From NCBI RefSeq assembly GCF_009914755.1, contig NC_060936.1: a stretch of DNA of 64,000 nt; one strand, 5' to 3'. The notes beneath the pieces are model-generated. The model did not search any database. It was not told where the DNA came from and saw only the letters and a list, made by a program, of their open reading frames with translations. Positions 14,111-30,220 of the stretch are shown here, piece by piece. A program made the position numbers and the translations under genes. The first letter of the stretch is position 1. Each line of letters starts with the position of its first letter. The stretch comes from the human T2T-CHM13v2.0 reference genome, Homo sapiens.

Positions 14111-16259
14111 TGGGCATAAGAGACCGGGAGTGGTATATGAAATATAGTTTGAATTCCACCTCAAGACCTTGAGCTTATGACTTCTGTCTAGCTCTGTGTA
14201 TCATTCATACTTCCCACTAATTTTTAACAAAATGACTGGGAGAGGGAGAAAGTGAAACCCAGTGGACTGAGGCTTGAGTGAGCATTACCTCCTGGGCCTG
14301 TTGATTTGCGTCTCCCTGGTGACCTTCTTCTCTGACCAGCATCCGTGGGCTTAGGGAAAGCACAGTGGTGGAAATGTGATCCTGGTGTGTGAGATGCAAA
14401 TTTGATCTTAGCCTTTGCTCTCCCTGGAAACTTATCGGTCAAAACTTTCACTAAAGGCAGTTTTTTGTCTGTTTGTTTAGGTTTACTGGTTATTTATTAT
14501 TTATAGCATGGTTAAATTGGGTCAAATTTTTATGAATTTTAAGTAGAGAAACTTTTCTAATAAGAGGAAAGGATAAGAAATCAGACCTTTTTGTAAAGAA
14601 AATTACCCCACTTAAAGTCCTGGTTTATTTTAGGCCGTTTGGCAGTGAGAAGAAGGGATTATTTGTGTCTGACAGAGGTCTACAAGGAAAAAGGTTTGGG
14701 ATCAGAAAACACTTCCAACCAGAATGACGGTTCCCTGCCAGTCCTTGGTCTTTCTTCCTCCCTTCCTTCTGTGCCCACATGGACTAATTATGTCTGGCTT
14801 TCCCTCCCTCTTCCTTGTATATTTCCCTTCCATATCAAGACCTTCAGAATGAGGGCAATGTGGATAATTTCCCAGTTTTCCAGCTGGGCAGCTCACCAAG
14901 AACAAACCCAGACATCAAGGCCAGACCAAAAAAATCTTCTTGTTTTAGACAGAAGACTCCTACATCTGGGGGATTTAATGCACCCACTGTCCGCTCAGTG
15001 CATTTCCTGTGTCCGGAGCTTCTCTGCCTGCCGGCTCTGGTCTCGTAAGTTTCCATGCCCTGCTGCCAACTTATAATAACAGAGGCGGCAGGCAGCAGGC
15101 TGAGAATGTCATAGCCTACTCCATACATGGGCACTGCTTTGCAGACTGAAACAAAGCTTGCAGGGTCTCATTGCAGGCCTCTCAGCCTTGACAGTGGTTG
15201 TGCCCAGACCACCAGGAGCCTGGAATTAAATACCCTCGGATCCAGTTCTCTACTGTTAATGTTATCAGCTTCATCAAGTACTTCCTCTTTGAGTGATATC
15301 TGTGGAGAAATAAATAAATCAAGCTCCTCCAAGTCCTGTTCCTGCCTGGATCCTGAGTCCAAAGTAAAATCTGAGTTGGATTATCCAAAGCACTATCACC
15401 CTCCTGCATTGTTCCCAAGGTCTGGGCAGGAACGGAGAGTGAAATCTCTCCAGGACATTACATCAGTTCCTCCTTTACCCTTGGCATGAAAGTTCTTCCT
15501 CTCCTGGTCCTCCCAGACTTCCTAAGGCCTGCCCTGAGTGCACACCCACACACTAAGCCTTGAAGCCCAGGACATCAAAGAAAGCCTGCAGGTAACCAGA
15601 TTACTGACCAACGCCTGTGACCGTTTTGAAATTTATAAGACGGGAAATGGATTCAGGAAATGGGATTTTTCAATACATGGTCTTCATCATCCTTAAGTAT
15701 TTTTAAGCCTTAATAAGCTTTTAAGTAAAGAGAGACATTCTGTAAATGGCATTTAGAAGAAAATATAGGAAAGTTCAAACTGGAACTGTCTTCAATAGTT
15801 GTTTACAGTGATCATATTCTGTGACAAATGAAAAGTGGACCAGGGACAAAAGATAAATACATTTCTATGGGCAGCAGAATTGACATCCATATTATCTATA
15901 AAAGGAAAGTTTGCCTTGTCTACAAAAGATTACAGATCATTTTAGTTGGTGCCCAGTAAGCATTTCTATGCATTTGGGTTAAAGTGAGGAAGTTAGTGCT
16001 TGTCTTTCCAACCTATATCCTTGCAAGGTTAATTAAGCACTTTAAAAAAAAAAAAGCTTTTTATAACAGGAAATATCAAACCTATACAAAAGTAAAGAGA
16101 ATTGTGTAATGAATCACCATGTACCCATCACCAGTTTTGATGATCAACTCAAGGCCAATCATGTCTTCCTCTGTGGTCTACCTCCTCTCTCCTTCACCAT
16201 CCCAGATTATTTTACAGCAAATCTCAGATATATAATTTCCCTTGTAAATAGTATCAACA

Positions 16260-16587
<328 letters not shown>

Positions 16588-16859
16588 CTATAAAATCATA
16601 ATAGAACCATCATATCACTTGAAAACTAGTAGTTCCTCGGTATCATCAAATAATCTGCTAGTGTTCACTTTTTGCCAACCATCTCATAAATGTTTTTTAC
16701 AGTTTGGATCAGAATCCAAACAACATCTATACATTGCAGATGGTTAACGTATCTCTTAAGTTTTTTTCAACCTATAGGTTCCCATCTGCAACCTTCTTGT
16801 GTGTGTGTTTGAGCAGTCCCTCTCTTCAGGTTTTTTTAAAGAAGTCAGCCATAATTAGT

Positions 16860-17042
16860 ATATTCGTATATATAATATATTATATATATTAGCGTAGGCT
16901 TATATATACTATGTAAGTATATACTTATATAGTATTAGTATATACTATATATCATATATACTATAATCATATATAGTATATATGGTGTGTGTGTATATAT
17001 ATACTATATATCATACTATGCATATATAGTATATTAGTATAA
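16860..17042. repeat. Degenerate (TA)n / AT-rich low-complexity tract
   Basis: Repeated atatactatatatcat and atatagtattagtat units. Confidence 0.85.
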
Positions 17043-17049
17043 TCTCCCC

Positions 17050-18540
17050 CTGTACATAGTTTCTTTTTTTCCTCTGGTTGCTTTCAAGATTTTCTCTTTA
17101 TTTTTGGTTTTCAGCAGTTTGACTATGGTGTACCTGGGTGTGGTTTTTATTTTACATATCTTACTTGAGATTCTTGGACCTTCGAATTTACTGTTGTTGA
17201 TAATGTTGTTACCAAATTTGAGGACAATCTAGCCATTATTTTTTAATTTATTCTACTCTGTTTTTTTCTATATTCTCCTTCTTGGACACCAATTACATGT
17301 GTGTTAGACCACGTGATATTGTTCCACAGGTCACTGAGGATTTGTTTTGTTTGGATTTCATTTTTACTGATCTGTCTTCAAATTTTCTAACCCTTTCTTC
17401 TCTCATCTCCGTTCTGCTATTAAGTCCATCTAGTCCGGTCTTTCATTTCAGATATTATACTTTTCAGTTATAGAATCTTTATTTTGCCTTTTTTTTTAAT
17501 TCCATTTCCCTTTTGGCAGCCTGTATGTGTCATCATTTATTACAACCATGATTTTCTTTTAGGGCTTGAACTTATTTATAATAGCTGCTGTAAAGTTTTT
17601 CTGTTTGTTTGTGTTAACTCCAACATCTGCATTATCTCAGGTTCTGTTTCTTTTGATGGCCTTTCCTCCTTATTATGAGTCACATGTTTGTATTTCTTCT
17701 CATATCTAGAAAATTGTGACTGGATGCTGAGCACATTGAGACACTGGATTGTGTTCTATTCCACTGAAGAGTATTGACTTTTGTTCTAGGAGGCAATCAA
17801 ATTACTGGCCAGTTACTTTGAATCTGTAGAGGCATGGTCTTACGTTTCATTAGGTCCAATCTGTTTCTATTTTGCCTTTTGCCCTTAGCAGATCCCCTTG
17901 TCCTAGGGTTTTTACTCCTACATTGTGGCCATTCTGGGGTAACAAACAGCCTGAAGTGTTTACAGAGCCTTTGAACTTGATGAGACTCAAACTCTGAACT
18001 CTGTCTCCACTGCAGTAGCCAGTAGCTGAGGTTTCCGCTTAGATCTTTTGATTATACAACTGTTGCTTTTCACTGAACTCCAAAGGGTCTCCCTGGCACT
18101 TGGGCTATTCGGTAATCAGACAAGAATTTGAGGAAGCTTTTACATGCCAATTTAATCACTCTCCCCTCTGTGGCTCCCACTGTATGGGATTTGTTTCTTC
18201 AATTTTCTGCCATTCTGGCAGCTACCTACTCTATCTCAAGCAACTTTCTGTTTATCTTCTAACTGCCCCTGTGCTGCACGGACTGGGGAGGAACATGCAG
18301 CATAGGGCAGTTAGGAGATCAACAGAATCAGGGGGAAAGCTGTTTAAATATGGACCTCACTCTGTGCAGTTCCCTTCTTTCAAGAGTGAAATCCTCTCCG
18401 GTTTTTGTCTGCCCTTGATACCTTCAAATAGTTTTTTCAATGTATTTAATATGGTTTCTTTCATTTCTATCCGTAAGAAGGTTAGTTTGGTACACGCCAC
18501 TCTGCTATTGTTGAACTGAAATTGCTCCTTTCCTTGTTTA
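17050..18540 (-). mobile_element. Old L1 (L1M) fragments
   Basis: T-rich antisense L1-like motifs (ttcaagattttctcttta...ttcagcagtttgactatg). Confidence 0.6.
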
Positions 18541-19681
18541 GATAAGTGGTGGCAGATCATAAATACTTCATCTTGCTTTTCGTATCTAACCATAGATTCT
18601 GATGCTAGTCCTTAGCAAAATATCAAGATACTCCTCATTCCTTTTTACTTTTACGTAGTACTCCATTTTTTAGAGATATATACTATAATTTATTAAATCA
18701 GTCTTCTATTGATAGCTATTCCAATGATGAGGCACTTGAATTTATGGCAGTGGGTTATACAGTAGTCACAAAATAAGCCCTTTGCCTTCAAGGAGATGAT
18801 CTTTTAATATTGTGAACAATATTTTTGTTCAGTGATCATATGATAGATGAGATCTAGTAGAACTTTCAAAAAAGAAAAAAGTCCGCATTTTCTTCTTAAC
18901 CCTGTGTAAAACTTAAAACCACTATGTCTGTCTCTGTTTACTGACCCTATCAAATTACGGAATTCACTTTATGTGTTCTTCATATATGTATATTATCTTA
19001 ATGGACAAAGGTGATATGTTTGACTTGCTTTACTTAGAACTGTGGACAATTCTTTGACCAGAACAAGGACAGCAAGCATGCACATCCTTTTGGTGAGACT
19101 GCCCTGGGAACAGATGTGGCCAGAGAGAGTTCATTGAGTTGGGTGTGGAGCCGTGTAGAAATCCCCATTTTTATGGGCAGATTTCTGTCCTTCTGCACCT
19201 TAGCAGGGACTTCTGGAGCCAGGTGTGTGCCGGTCCATTCCCCGACCCAGCCCTCAGAGCTACTTCTCTTGCTGAGCTGTGTACACTTCTGATGTTATCC
19301 TCGCTCACATGTCACCAGCTTGCAACTTTGAGTGGGATGAGTTAGAGGTGTCCATCCATCCTGCTTCTTCCTTACTTCTGCCTGTCTCTGAGCACTCAGG
19401 AGCAAAGTGCTCCCAAAAGTTCTTTCAAGTTCAGTAAGATTGTCATTCTGTAAATTGGGGCCACTGTGCATGCTTAGAGCAGGTTTTGGTGTGACTTTGT
19501 GTCATAGTTTCTATATTGCAGTGACAGATGTTGTCATGAGTACACAGGTTCTAGAATCTGACTGGAGTCTGGTTCTATAATCTCCTAACTGGCTGTGTGA
19601 CCTTGGGTAAGTTATTTAACTTCTTTACGCCTCAGTTTTATCATCTGTAAAATAGGGGTACTAGTGGTATCTCTTGGTTAG

Positions 19682-19917
<236 letters not shown>

Positions 19918-20245
19918 TGAAATCCAGCATCTAAGATATAGTTATTACTAATAATTATTACTAATATTATTAACATTATCACTAATACTAATAACTCCTA
20001 GAGTTAGAGAATACGAAAATTTTAGTTGTGAAAATGTAAGTCAATGAAAGCATCTAGAGAGAAACCTGTAAGAACCCTTCCACCTCTGAAAGCGACGTAG
20101 AAGAGTTAAATGATGGCCAAAAGATGGGGCATGGAAGTTTGGCTTCCTTGTGCCTACAGGCCACAGGTAGGTCATTAACGGAATGCTTGTAGACATCCTT
20201 AGGTTGTCTGGCAATAGAAAAATAGTTTCAATATGCACACCTTAA

Positions 20246-21266
<1,021 letters not shown>

Positions 21267-22489
21267 TGAGTTCCCCTCTCGCCGCTCCAGCATCATGGGG
21301 ACCTGACAAAGTCCCACTCTCCCCTGTGATCTTTGCAGCCAGCCTCGCACCATTCCCAATTAGGCGCCCTCCAAGGCTCTGTGAGGGCAATTGGAGGCTT
21401 CTGCTTGGATGAGGCTAAATCCCTAATGGCTTGGTTAATGAGCCGCTGGGATGGAGTAGTTAATGAGCCTCAGAAATGTTAAGAAACAAATGTCCTACGT
21501 CCAGCTTACAAGGAGAGTCACATCAGAATCAAGGCTAAGCGAAAACATTTAAAATAAAAGGTTTATGAGCATGCTAATGGCCCTGTCCTGAAGTTTCCAG
21601 CAGCTAATTAATGACCAGACACAGCATAAAGAAGCTTTGTCTCAGATTCAGGCCTGTAATTCCATCCTGTGAGCGGTAACGCCATGCAGCCTTCACCTTA
21701 GGAGCGGGTAGGAGAGGAAAACAGGATTATGGTATTGGAGGCAGGTGTTGCTGGGCCATTTGGACAGAGGAAACCACTCCCAGATTCTCTTTCATTTATT
21801 ATAAGAAGCCCAAATTTGCTTACTTAAGGGAAGAAACCAGTGGAAACCAGTGGGAAAAATATCTACACATTGTCTGTTTCCTAGGATGCTCATAATTTAC
21901 ATGAACTCATTCTTCAGAAGCTTAATCCTCTAACCATGTGACAAGGTTAGCTCTTTTCGTAGAGCATTTCTCCATTAGATATTTGTTGAGCACCTGCTGT
22001 GTACAAATAAATGCATTAGGAGTAGGGATACAGAGCTAGTTTAACATGCAATATCTTTTTCCCCAAGGAATTTAGAATATAGTGGGAGAGACAAAGGTGA
22101 AAACCACTAAGATATAAGGCAGAATGAAGTAAGCCCCATTTCCCATTCATTTTATGTACCAGCATTCATTGAGCACCTACTGTCTGCCAGAGTAATAAAG
22201 CGCTGTAGAAGCAAAGCAGAAGGAAGGTGTGTTTTGACTGGAGGGACCAAGCAAGGCTTTGCAGGGGAGAGAGCCTGATACTGAAGTGACTGTGCTTTTG
22301 ATAGTGGGAAGGAGGCCTGGAGGCAGGAGAGAACGGACCTGTTCAGGGAAGGGTGAGAAATGCCCCCTCCTCCCTGAGCCCATGACCCGGTGAGAGCTCT
22401 AGCTGACCATCAAGGTGCTGCCATGCTGATGGCAGTGGAAGAACAGGCTCCTACAAGCCTACTTTACTTCTGCCTTGAGGTACTGTCCC

Positions 22490-22781
22490 TTTTTTTTTTT
22501 TTTTTTTCCACACTCTGTTGCCCAGGCTGGAGTGCAGTGACGGAATCTCGGCTCACTGCAAGCTCCGCCTCCCGGGTTCACGTCATTCTCCTGCCTCAGC
22601 CTCCTGAGTAGCTGCGACTACAGGCGCCCGCCACCATGCCCAGCTAATTTTTTTCATATTTTTAGTAGAGACGGGGTTTCACCATGTTAGCCAGGATGGT
22701 CTTGATCTCCTGACCTCGCGATCCGCCTGCGTCGGCCTCCTAAAGTGCTAGGATTACAGGCGTGAGCCACCGCGCCTGGCC
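22490..22781 (-). mobile_element. AluY, ~1.2 kb downstream of exon 5
   Basis: Y-type segments; TSD ggtactgtccctttt; the last ~12 nt of the Alu 3' body are missing. Confidence 0.92.
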
Positions 22782-23786
22782 GGTACTGTCCCTTTTTTAT
22801 TTAAATCATGTATTTCTAGATTTTTCTCTGGCCCCAAGTGCACCACCAGTGTTGTCTCAGTTTCACTGTTATAAATCATTTACATCAGGGATGTTGAATC
22901 CAGAAAATAAAATGGCAAACAAAAATGACTTATATGTTTTAAAAACTATGAAAAAGGAAATGATATATGTTTGGGATTCCATTCAAAACGATCCTGCAGA
23001 GTTAGGGGGTGAGATGTGGGTGGGGCCTACATAAAACAAGGCTAGCCATCACCAGCTAGTGGCTATATGTCTGGGTGATAGATGCATGGGGGTTAATATT
23101 ATTGATCTCTCTGCTTTTACCTGTACATTAGATTGTTTTAATCAGAAAATGAAAAAATAAAACTGGGGAAAAAAAGAATAGTAGATAAAGAAGCAAAGAG
23201 CTTGGGCAAAACATGTGAATTTCCCCAAATAATTGGAGAAGGAGGATGAGGTCAGTGTATTGCTGTGAATTCTATAAATGACCCATCTCGTGCTTTCCAG
23301 GCAATACCCTTCTTGTCTGTATACCCTCTCGTCTTGTTTCTTGCATGGTGTGTGCAGCAGTACTTGACATTTTGCAGATACCTTTTGCTTGTTTATAATT
23401 CTCAGGACCGCTCTTTAAGGTAGCTCATGACTGCAGTATTCATCTTATGTGGAAGGGTCATTTGTACGGGGGAAACCACAGAGGAAACTGAGCCCCAGAG
23501 AGGCAAAGGCCTTTGCCAAGGTCAGATAGGGGCCCCATGACCGAGGTGTGCAGGACAACCCTTGCTGCCCGTGGCTGCTGTCCATAGTGCTGCCCTCGTG
23601 GGCCTGGCTTGCTTCCCAAGATCTCTCCTGTCTACCTCCCAGGTGACACTGCCTTCACCACTTCTTGGGAATCTACCATAAGCCCATGAATCAAGAAAGA
23701 CACATGGTTTAGACTTGAGGAGTTATTTTTCCCTTATTTAGTAGGTTTGTAAATTTCAAAATATTAGTCTCTTAAAATTATATTAC

Positions 23787-24087
23787 TTTTTTTTTTTTTT
23801 TTTTTTTGAGACAGAGTCTCTGTCACCCAGGCTGGAGTTCAGTGATGCAATCTCGGCTCATTGCAACCTCTGCGTCCTAGGTTCAAGTGATTCTCGTGCC
23901 TCAGCCTCCTGAGTAGCAGGGATTACAGGCACACGCCACCATGCCTGGCGAATTTTTTTGTATTTTTAGTAAAGACGGGGTTTCACCGTGTTGGCCAGGC
24001 TGGTCTTGAACTCCTGACCTCAAGTGATCTGCCTGCCTTGGCCTCCTAAATTGCTGGGATTACAGGCATGAACCACTGCACCCAGCC
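23787..24087 (-). mobile_element. AluS
   Basis: Full reverse dimer with T tail. Confidence 0.9.
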
Positions 24088-25385
24088 TATACTACTATTT
24101 TTTTCATCTCATTCCCCAATATCAGTGTTTGATGATGGATGCGGCCTCATCGGTTAGGAAGCTTGGTGGAATACTGCACCCACCAAATGATGAGCCTGGG
24201 TGTCTATGGGTGCCCGCTCTCTCAAGGGCACACAGAAATAGGCAATATGTGCTTTTCTTGATGGCTCTAGGAAGTCAAGAATATTCATGTAAAATAACCC
24301 TGGGGCCTAGATCTTTTGGGGGAATGCGTTAACTCCTTCAGTATAACACAATGTCCTAAAACTAATTACCAGTGCTATAATGGCATATTCAAAAGTTTTT
24401 AAATCTCCCAATATATATTTTAACTAATGCAACCAAATCCAAATTTAACTCATTCCACTGAAAGGCATTGTTTTTCTCCGAAGAAGGTAGGACTGAATCA
24501 TCCCTAAAGTTCCTTCCAGCTCTGCCAGTCTGTAGTCTGACAGTCTTGATTCTGTAACCCTCCCAAGAAAACACAAGAGTTTTAAGCACCTTTGTTTCTT
24601 TGAGGATACCCCTGTGTGTACTCCACTCTTCTGATGTCTTTCTGGACTCCTCGATCCTTGTAAAATTGATTCTGTTTATTGGAGGTGAAATTCATTGGGT
24701 GATTCCTGTGTACAACGTAAAAGTTCTGTCATTAACTGAATAGCCATAAAAAGCCTTTAAATCTCCGTAAAGCAGCTGTTAGATGAGAAAACTTAGTTCC
24801 TTAAAGCTTTTCAAATGAGCACAGCACAAAAAGAAATGAAGGTGCTGCTGAATGTCAAACTGATGAGTACTATAGCTGGAGGGTATAGATGGAAATAGTA
24901 CTCATGAATGTGGATCACAAAATGAAGCTAAATTCTTACTATTCAGATATGATTTGTTCAGGTGCCCTAGAATTTATGCATTTGGACACCTTCTGTGTAT
25001 AAGGCACTGTTCTGCATTCTTGATGGGGTGGGGACAGCCTCAGAGAGGTATAAGACACAGTCTTTATCATGAAAGAGCTGAGCACAGTTAACTATAAAAG
25101 CGAAGCACATGACATGTATCTTAGAAGGGCTCCTGTTAAGTACCACAGGAGGTCAGAGTAGGGATGTCAGGGCAAGCTACATGGAGGGCTGGCTTTTAGC
25201 TGGGCTTGGATGAATGCTTAGAATGTGGACAAGTGGAGATTAGAGAAAAACAGGTCATTCCAGATGGAGAAAACTTACCAGGAGCAAAGCAAGATAAGGC
25301 TCGGTGTATTTTTTCTATTTCAGGTAGAAATGTAAATCTACAAGTTGAGATCTATTGAGGTCATTTAAAAATCTATCATTTTTCA

Positions 25386-25914
<529 letters not shown>

Positions 25915-25960
25915 CTATTATCACTGAAATTCCATCATACCATTAAGATACATGCAGAAT

Positions 25961-26200
25961 TGTTCTCACTCATAGGTGGGAATTGAACAATGAGAACACA
26001 TGGACACAGGAAGGGGAACATCACACACCGGGTCCTGTTATGGGGTCGGGGGAGGGGGGAGGGATAGCATTAGGAGATATACCTAATGTAAATGACGAGT
26101 TAATGGGTGCAGCACACCAACATGGCACATGTATACATATGTAACAAACCTGCACATTGTGCACATGTACCCTAAAACTTAAAGTATAATTAAAAAAAAA
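25961..26200 (+). mobile_element. 5'-truncated L1PA 3' end (~240 bp)
   Basis: tgttctcactcataggtggg...cttaaagtataat plus A tail; TSD aagatacatgca. Confidence 0.92.
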
Positions 26201-26893
26201 GATACATGCAAATTTATGTCTGTTAGGTATTTACCATATGGAAAAACTAAAATAATCAAGAAAGGAAATTCAGTAGGTGGTTGACAGTTTAAATACAAAT
26301 CACAAATGACATCTTTTTAAATATAACAAGTAGCTTATTTTTAAAGGTGTCACTTACTTTGCAAAGTATAAGGAGAACTGTTATTAAGAATTTACCAGGT
26401 TGGAATGGCTAGTGTTTATGGGAGAGAGTTTAGCACAAGACGGAGTGAGACAAGATTGCTGGGGTCTTATTTTGAATCCAGCAGCCAACGCTGTATGGAA
26501 TAGTGAAAAAGTTGCCTCTTTCTGTGCTTGTTTTCTACTTGGTATCTTTAAGAATGGGCTATTTAGGAGCAAGGAGCCTAGCAGAAAGCATCTGTCAATC
26601 TTCTAAAACTTTACCTACAAAAGTTTTACTGGCTTGTGTCCCACCAGTGTGTTTCAAAGCCAGAAAGTATATTGGCCACAAGCACCTGTAGGTGGCTGAG
26701 GTGTGACTGTAGTCATCCGTGAGTCATGTTTTCAGTATGTATTGAAATTCCTTATTTGGACTTGATTTCAAAGGTAGAAGGGCCTTTTACAGGTGAAGGA
26801 ACTGAGATTGAGACACATCAAGAGTCTAGCCTCGAGCTTCTGTTCAGTGTTTTTCCCAAAATTATTGTTTCCTTCTGGTCTGGGACTCTAGAG

Positions 26894-27120
26894 CAAAGAT
26901 TGAAAACTGTGGCCCAAAGTGTGAGCCAAATCCAGCCACCATGCGTTTTTTTTAAATCAAGTTTTCCTGGAAAACAGCCAAACCCATTTATTTGGTATTG
27001 CCTATGTCTGCTTCCATGCTGCAGTGGCAGAGTTGAGTAGTTACAACAGAGATTGCATGGCCAGCAACACCTAAAACATTTATTAGTTGGCCCTTTACAG
27101 AAAACGTTTGATGCTCTCTG
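26894..27120 (+). mobile_element. MER58A-like hAT DNA transposon
   Basis: gccaaatccagcc...ggcagagttgagtagttacaacagaga...ggccctttacagaaaa. Confidence 0.75.
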
Positions 27121-30035
27121 CCTTGCAACATTGTGTACGTGGTGGTCAGTGTGCTTGGAATCATAGGTGCAATGTAGGATGCAGACTTAGAAAACAGTGC
27201 CCTTGCTCCCAAGGAATTATTTGCACTTTAGATGACAAGGCATGTTTGAGACATGTGAAAGGAACAATAACAAGTTATGTAAGAGAGGAGACAGGTTCTG
27301 GACTGCAGGCTATATTTTCAGACCAACCAGAATAGTTACGATAATATCATTAACATAAATAAAATACTAAGTATTTAGCTACGTAAAAGAAACGATTTAT
27401 TTGCACTTTGGATTATACAGTTCTTCATTCATTGATTCAAAAATTATTGCCAGTCTGCTCATGTGCCAGGCATTGTTCTAGATGATAGGGCACTGCATCT
27501 CTAAATGCCAAATTTCGTATCCTTGCTGGTGGAAGGCAATGTCCTCTTGCTTTATGCCATGACACAAACTAAGCTCCTGCTTTAACTATAGACAGCTAAA
27601 TCTTAAACGAACACTTTTCAGTCAGTTTAGTTTTCTCTTAAAGTACTTTAATTCCGTTAAAACCTGAGCCACCAGATTTCCTGTCTGCCTGTCTCTTCCT
27701 TGGCCTTAATCCAAAACTCTGCTGAGGAAGAAGATTCGTTGGTACACTGACAATTGTTTTATAATCCATTCATTTCATAACCCCTCATTTGCTACCCAAA
27801 AGTGGGGACCTAAATCTGTACAGATTTACGTGTTCAAAGGCCATGGCCTACCCAAATAGAGAATATCTCCTTTCTTGTGTTTCTCTCACAACTTTTGCTG
27901 AAGTCTCTCCATCTTTGTGAACATGAACTTCTCGATTTGTGAGGCTATCGCTGGTCAATTGGGTCATTAATCCTACAGCAGGCAAGACACAGAATTTCCT
28001 CTCAGCTCAAGATCTCTTCACTCCCAACCCTCTTAGAACACACTTCGCAGCAATCCTTGGAATCTTTAAAGGTAGCCTTTTGTGACTTTAAAAAATACTT
28101 TTACTATCTCTCAAGGTTACATCCTTAACAGAAACAAAAAGATTCTAATCAGCGAGACATCAAGTCTCTTGCATTGCTTATTTGTCACCCAACTAAAACA
28201 ATGTACTTTCTTGATTTGGTTTTATTGACTGGATGAATTATATATATACAAAGATTCAATTCGGGAAGCCTCTGAAGTAAGATGAAGAAAAAAGTATGAA
28301 ACTCCAGAGAAAGCAGTTTGAGGCTTGTCCTCAGGGGCTTCAAGGACTGGGAGAAGTCACTGTATTCTGGCATCTTGCTTCTGTCTCCACTTCCTCCCAC
28401 AGTGTTTAATGCTGCTGTGAATTTGTTTCAAAGGAAGCCTATAGACTTTTTTTTTTTTTTTTAATTTTGTACATGAGCCTCAGGAGCAGCCTTGACAGCT
28501 AAAAGACCTCGTAAAGGAGAAGTGTGAAGGGATTGCATGAAAGTGCTGGGGGCAAGTCTCAGCCCTCGGCCTTTGTTGGAAGGTGTGGGGTGTGCAGACA
28601 CATGTGCACCTTCGCACACATGCATCTGTGCATAAATATCTGTGTTTGCAGGAAAGAAAAGATAGGGTTGTGGGATGTCCCCAGAAGCCACAGGGATTCC
28701 AGTGTTTTAGTACCAGGTGAAAGAGCCGCTTCCTCCCACACTATCTCAGGGAGATGCCCTTCTGTAGACCTCTGTAGCCCAGTACCCTCAAGAGCTCCTG
28801 GAGACAGATGGCCCCGAACAGTCCTAGGGAAGCAGTGTGGGCCTGTGGCAAAAGCTTGGACTGCGAAGTCAGCATGATTGGAATCCGGTTCTTGACTCCC
28901 AAGCAGGTGCATAATGTCCCTGAGCCCTTCTTTCCTTATCTGTAATATTGAGAATAGTAATACCCATTTCTGGGCCCTTTTGACTGTTAATGAGACAACA
29001 TGTGAATGCATGGCACAAGAAAGTTAATTGCTACGTGTCACTGTCCCCCCCTGCCTCACTGCTGAGCTGCCATCCTGCCCATCTGAGAGGGACTGTGTGG
29101 GAGCTGTGGGTACAGCCAGCACAACTGCCTGCAGAGCCACGCAGGGCACTGACAGGGAAGGCCTGTGTGGGGTGCCCTTCAAGGCCACCTCCGTTTTCTT
29201 ATTTCCTTGGAGATTTACTTTTGTGCTCCTGCTTCCCCTCCCTGAAGCTTTGCCTGCTGTCCATATTTGGAGGGGATGAATAAGATGAGCACTGGGGAGG
29301 GGAGGAGCCATCACTCCAGCAGGAATATTCCCAGCGGCTGAGTCACTGCATTTGATTTTCAGTGTGAACAACTGAGAAATCAAAGAGCCCTAAAAGAGGA
29401 GGAAGTTTCAGGACAATGTTTTTAAAAGATAAAAAAACATCAACAGCATGGTGTCTGAGTGGAAAATAATAGAAGGGGCTTGAGGAGACTGGAAATTCCA
29501 GTTTGTGTAAGGGCGCACAGTGCTGTAATACAGAGTCCTACCTCCCTGCAGTCCCTGGATGTGAATTCCCAGGCTGCACCCACACCTGAGCAAAGCGGAG
29601 GCTGGGCCTTATTAGGTTCTGACTGCGGGCTGGATCTCAGCTGCAGGCTGTGAGTTTCGGATACCGGTGTTTCCAAGCCTTCTCCACACCTTATGTAATC
29701 ACAGGTGAAAAGGTCCAGCCTCATTTGCAGCTGTGGTTCTTCTGCCCCAGGAAGCCAGGAAGCGTAGATTTTTGTATTATTTGCCTCCACTTCTCCCTCC
29801 CCCAGCGTGCCACCGTGCACATATGTTTTCTGTTTTCCTAAGCCACGGCAAAGCACAAGCAATTGCCCATTGTAAACACACCTCTGCGTATCAACACACA
29901 CCTGGCTGCACTGGATTGACCAACTTTCTGCTTCTAGGTAATGGCTGATCTAGAATAGAGGAGGAGGAGGGAAAAAAAAAAAAAAAAACAAGCAGCAGAT
30001 GGCCCCCTGAATGTTGTAAACCGTGTTTCTCTAAG

Positions 30036-30220
30036 CAGGGTTTCTCAACACTCTCGATATTTGGGCCAAATAATAATTTGTGGGGTTGCTTACTATATTG
30101 TAAGAGATTCAGCAGCATCCCTGGCCTCTACCCACTAGATGCTAGGAGCACCCTGCACCCCAGTGTGACAACCAGAAATGCCTCCAGATATTGCCACATG
30201 CCCCCAGTTCAGAACCATAT
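30036..30220 (+). mobile_element. MER20-like hAT DNA transposon
   Basis: cagggtttctcaac...agcagcatccctggcctctacccactagatgc...tgacaaccagaaatg. Confidence 0.8.

Noticed and set aside
28461-29948. Dense overlapping 100-150 aa ORFs in intron 5
   Set aside because: Moderately GC-rich intron with ORFs in several frames on both strands, no recognisable domains and no consistent splice signals.
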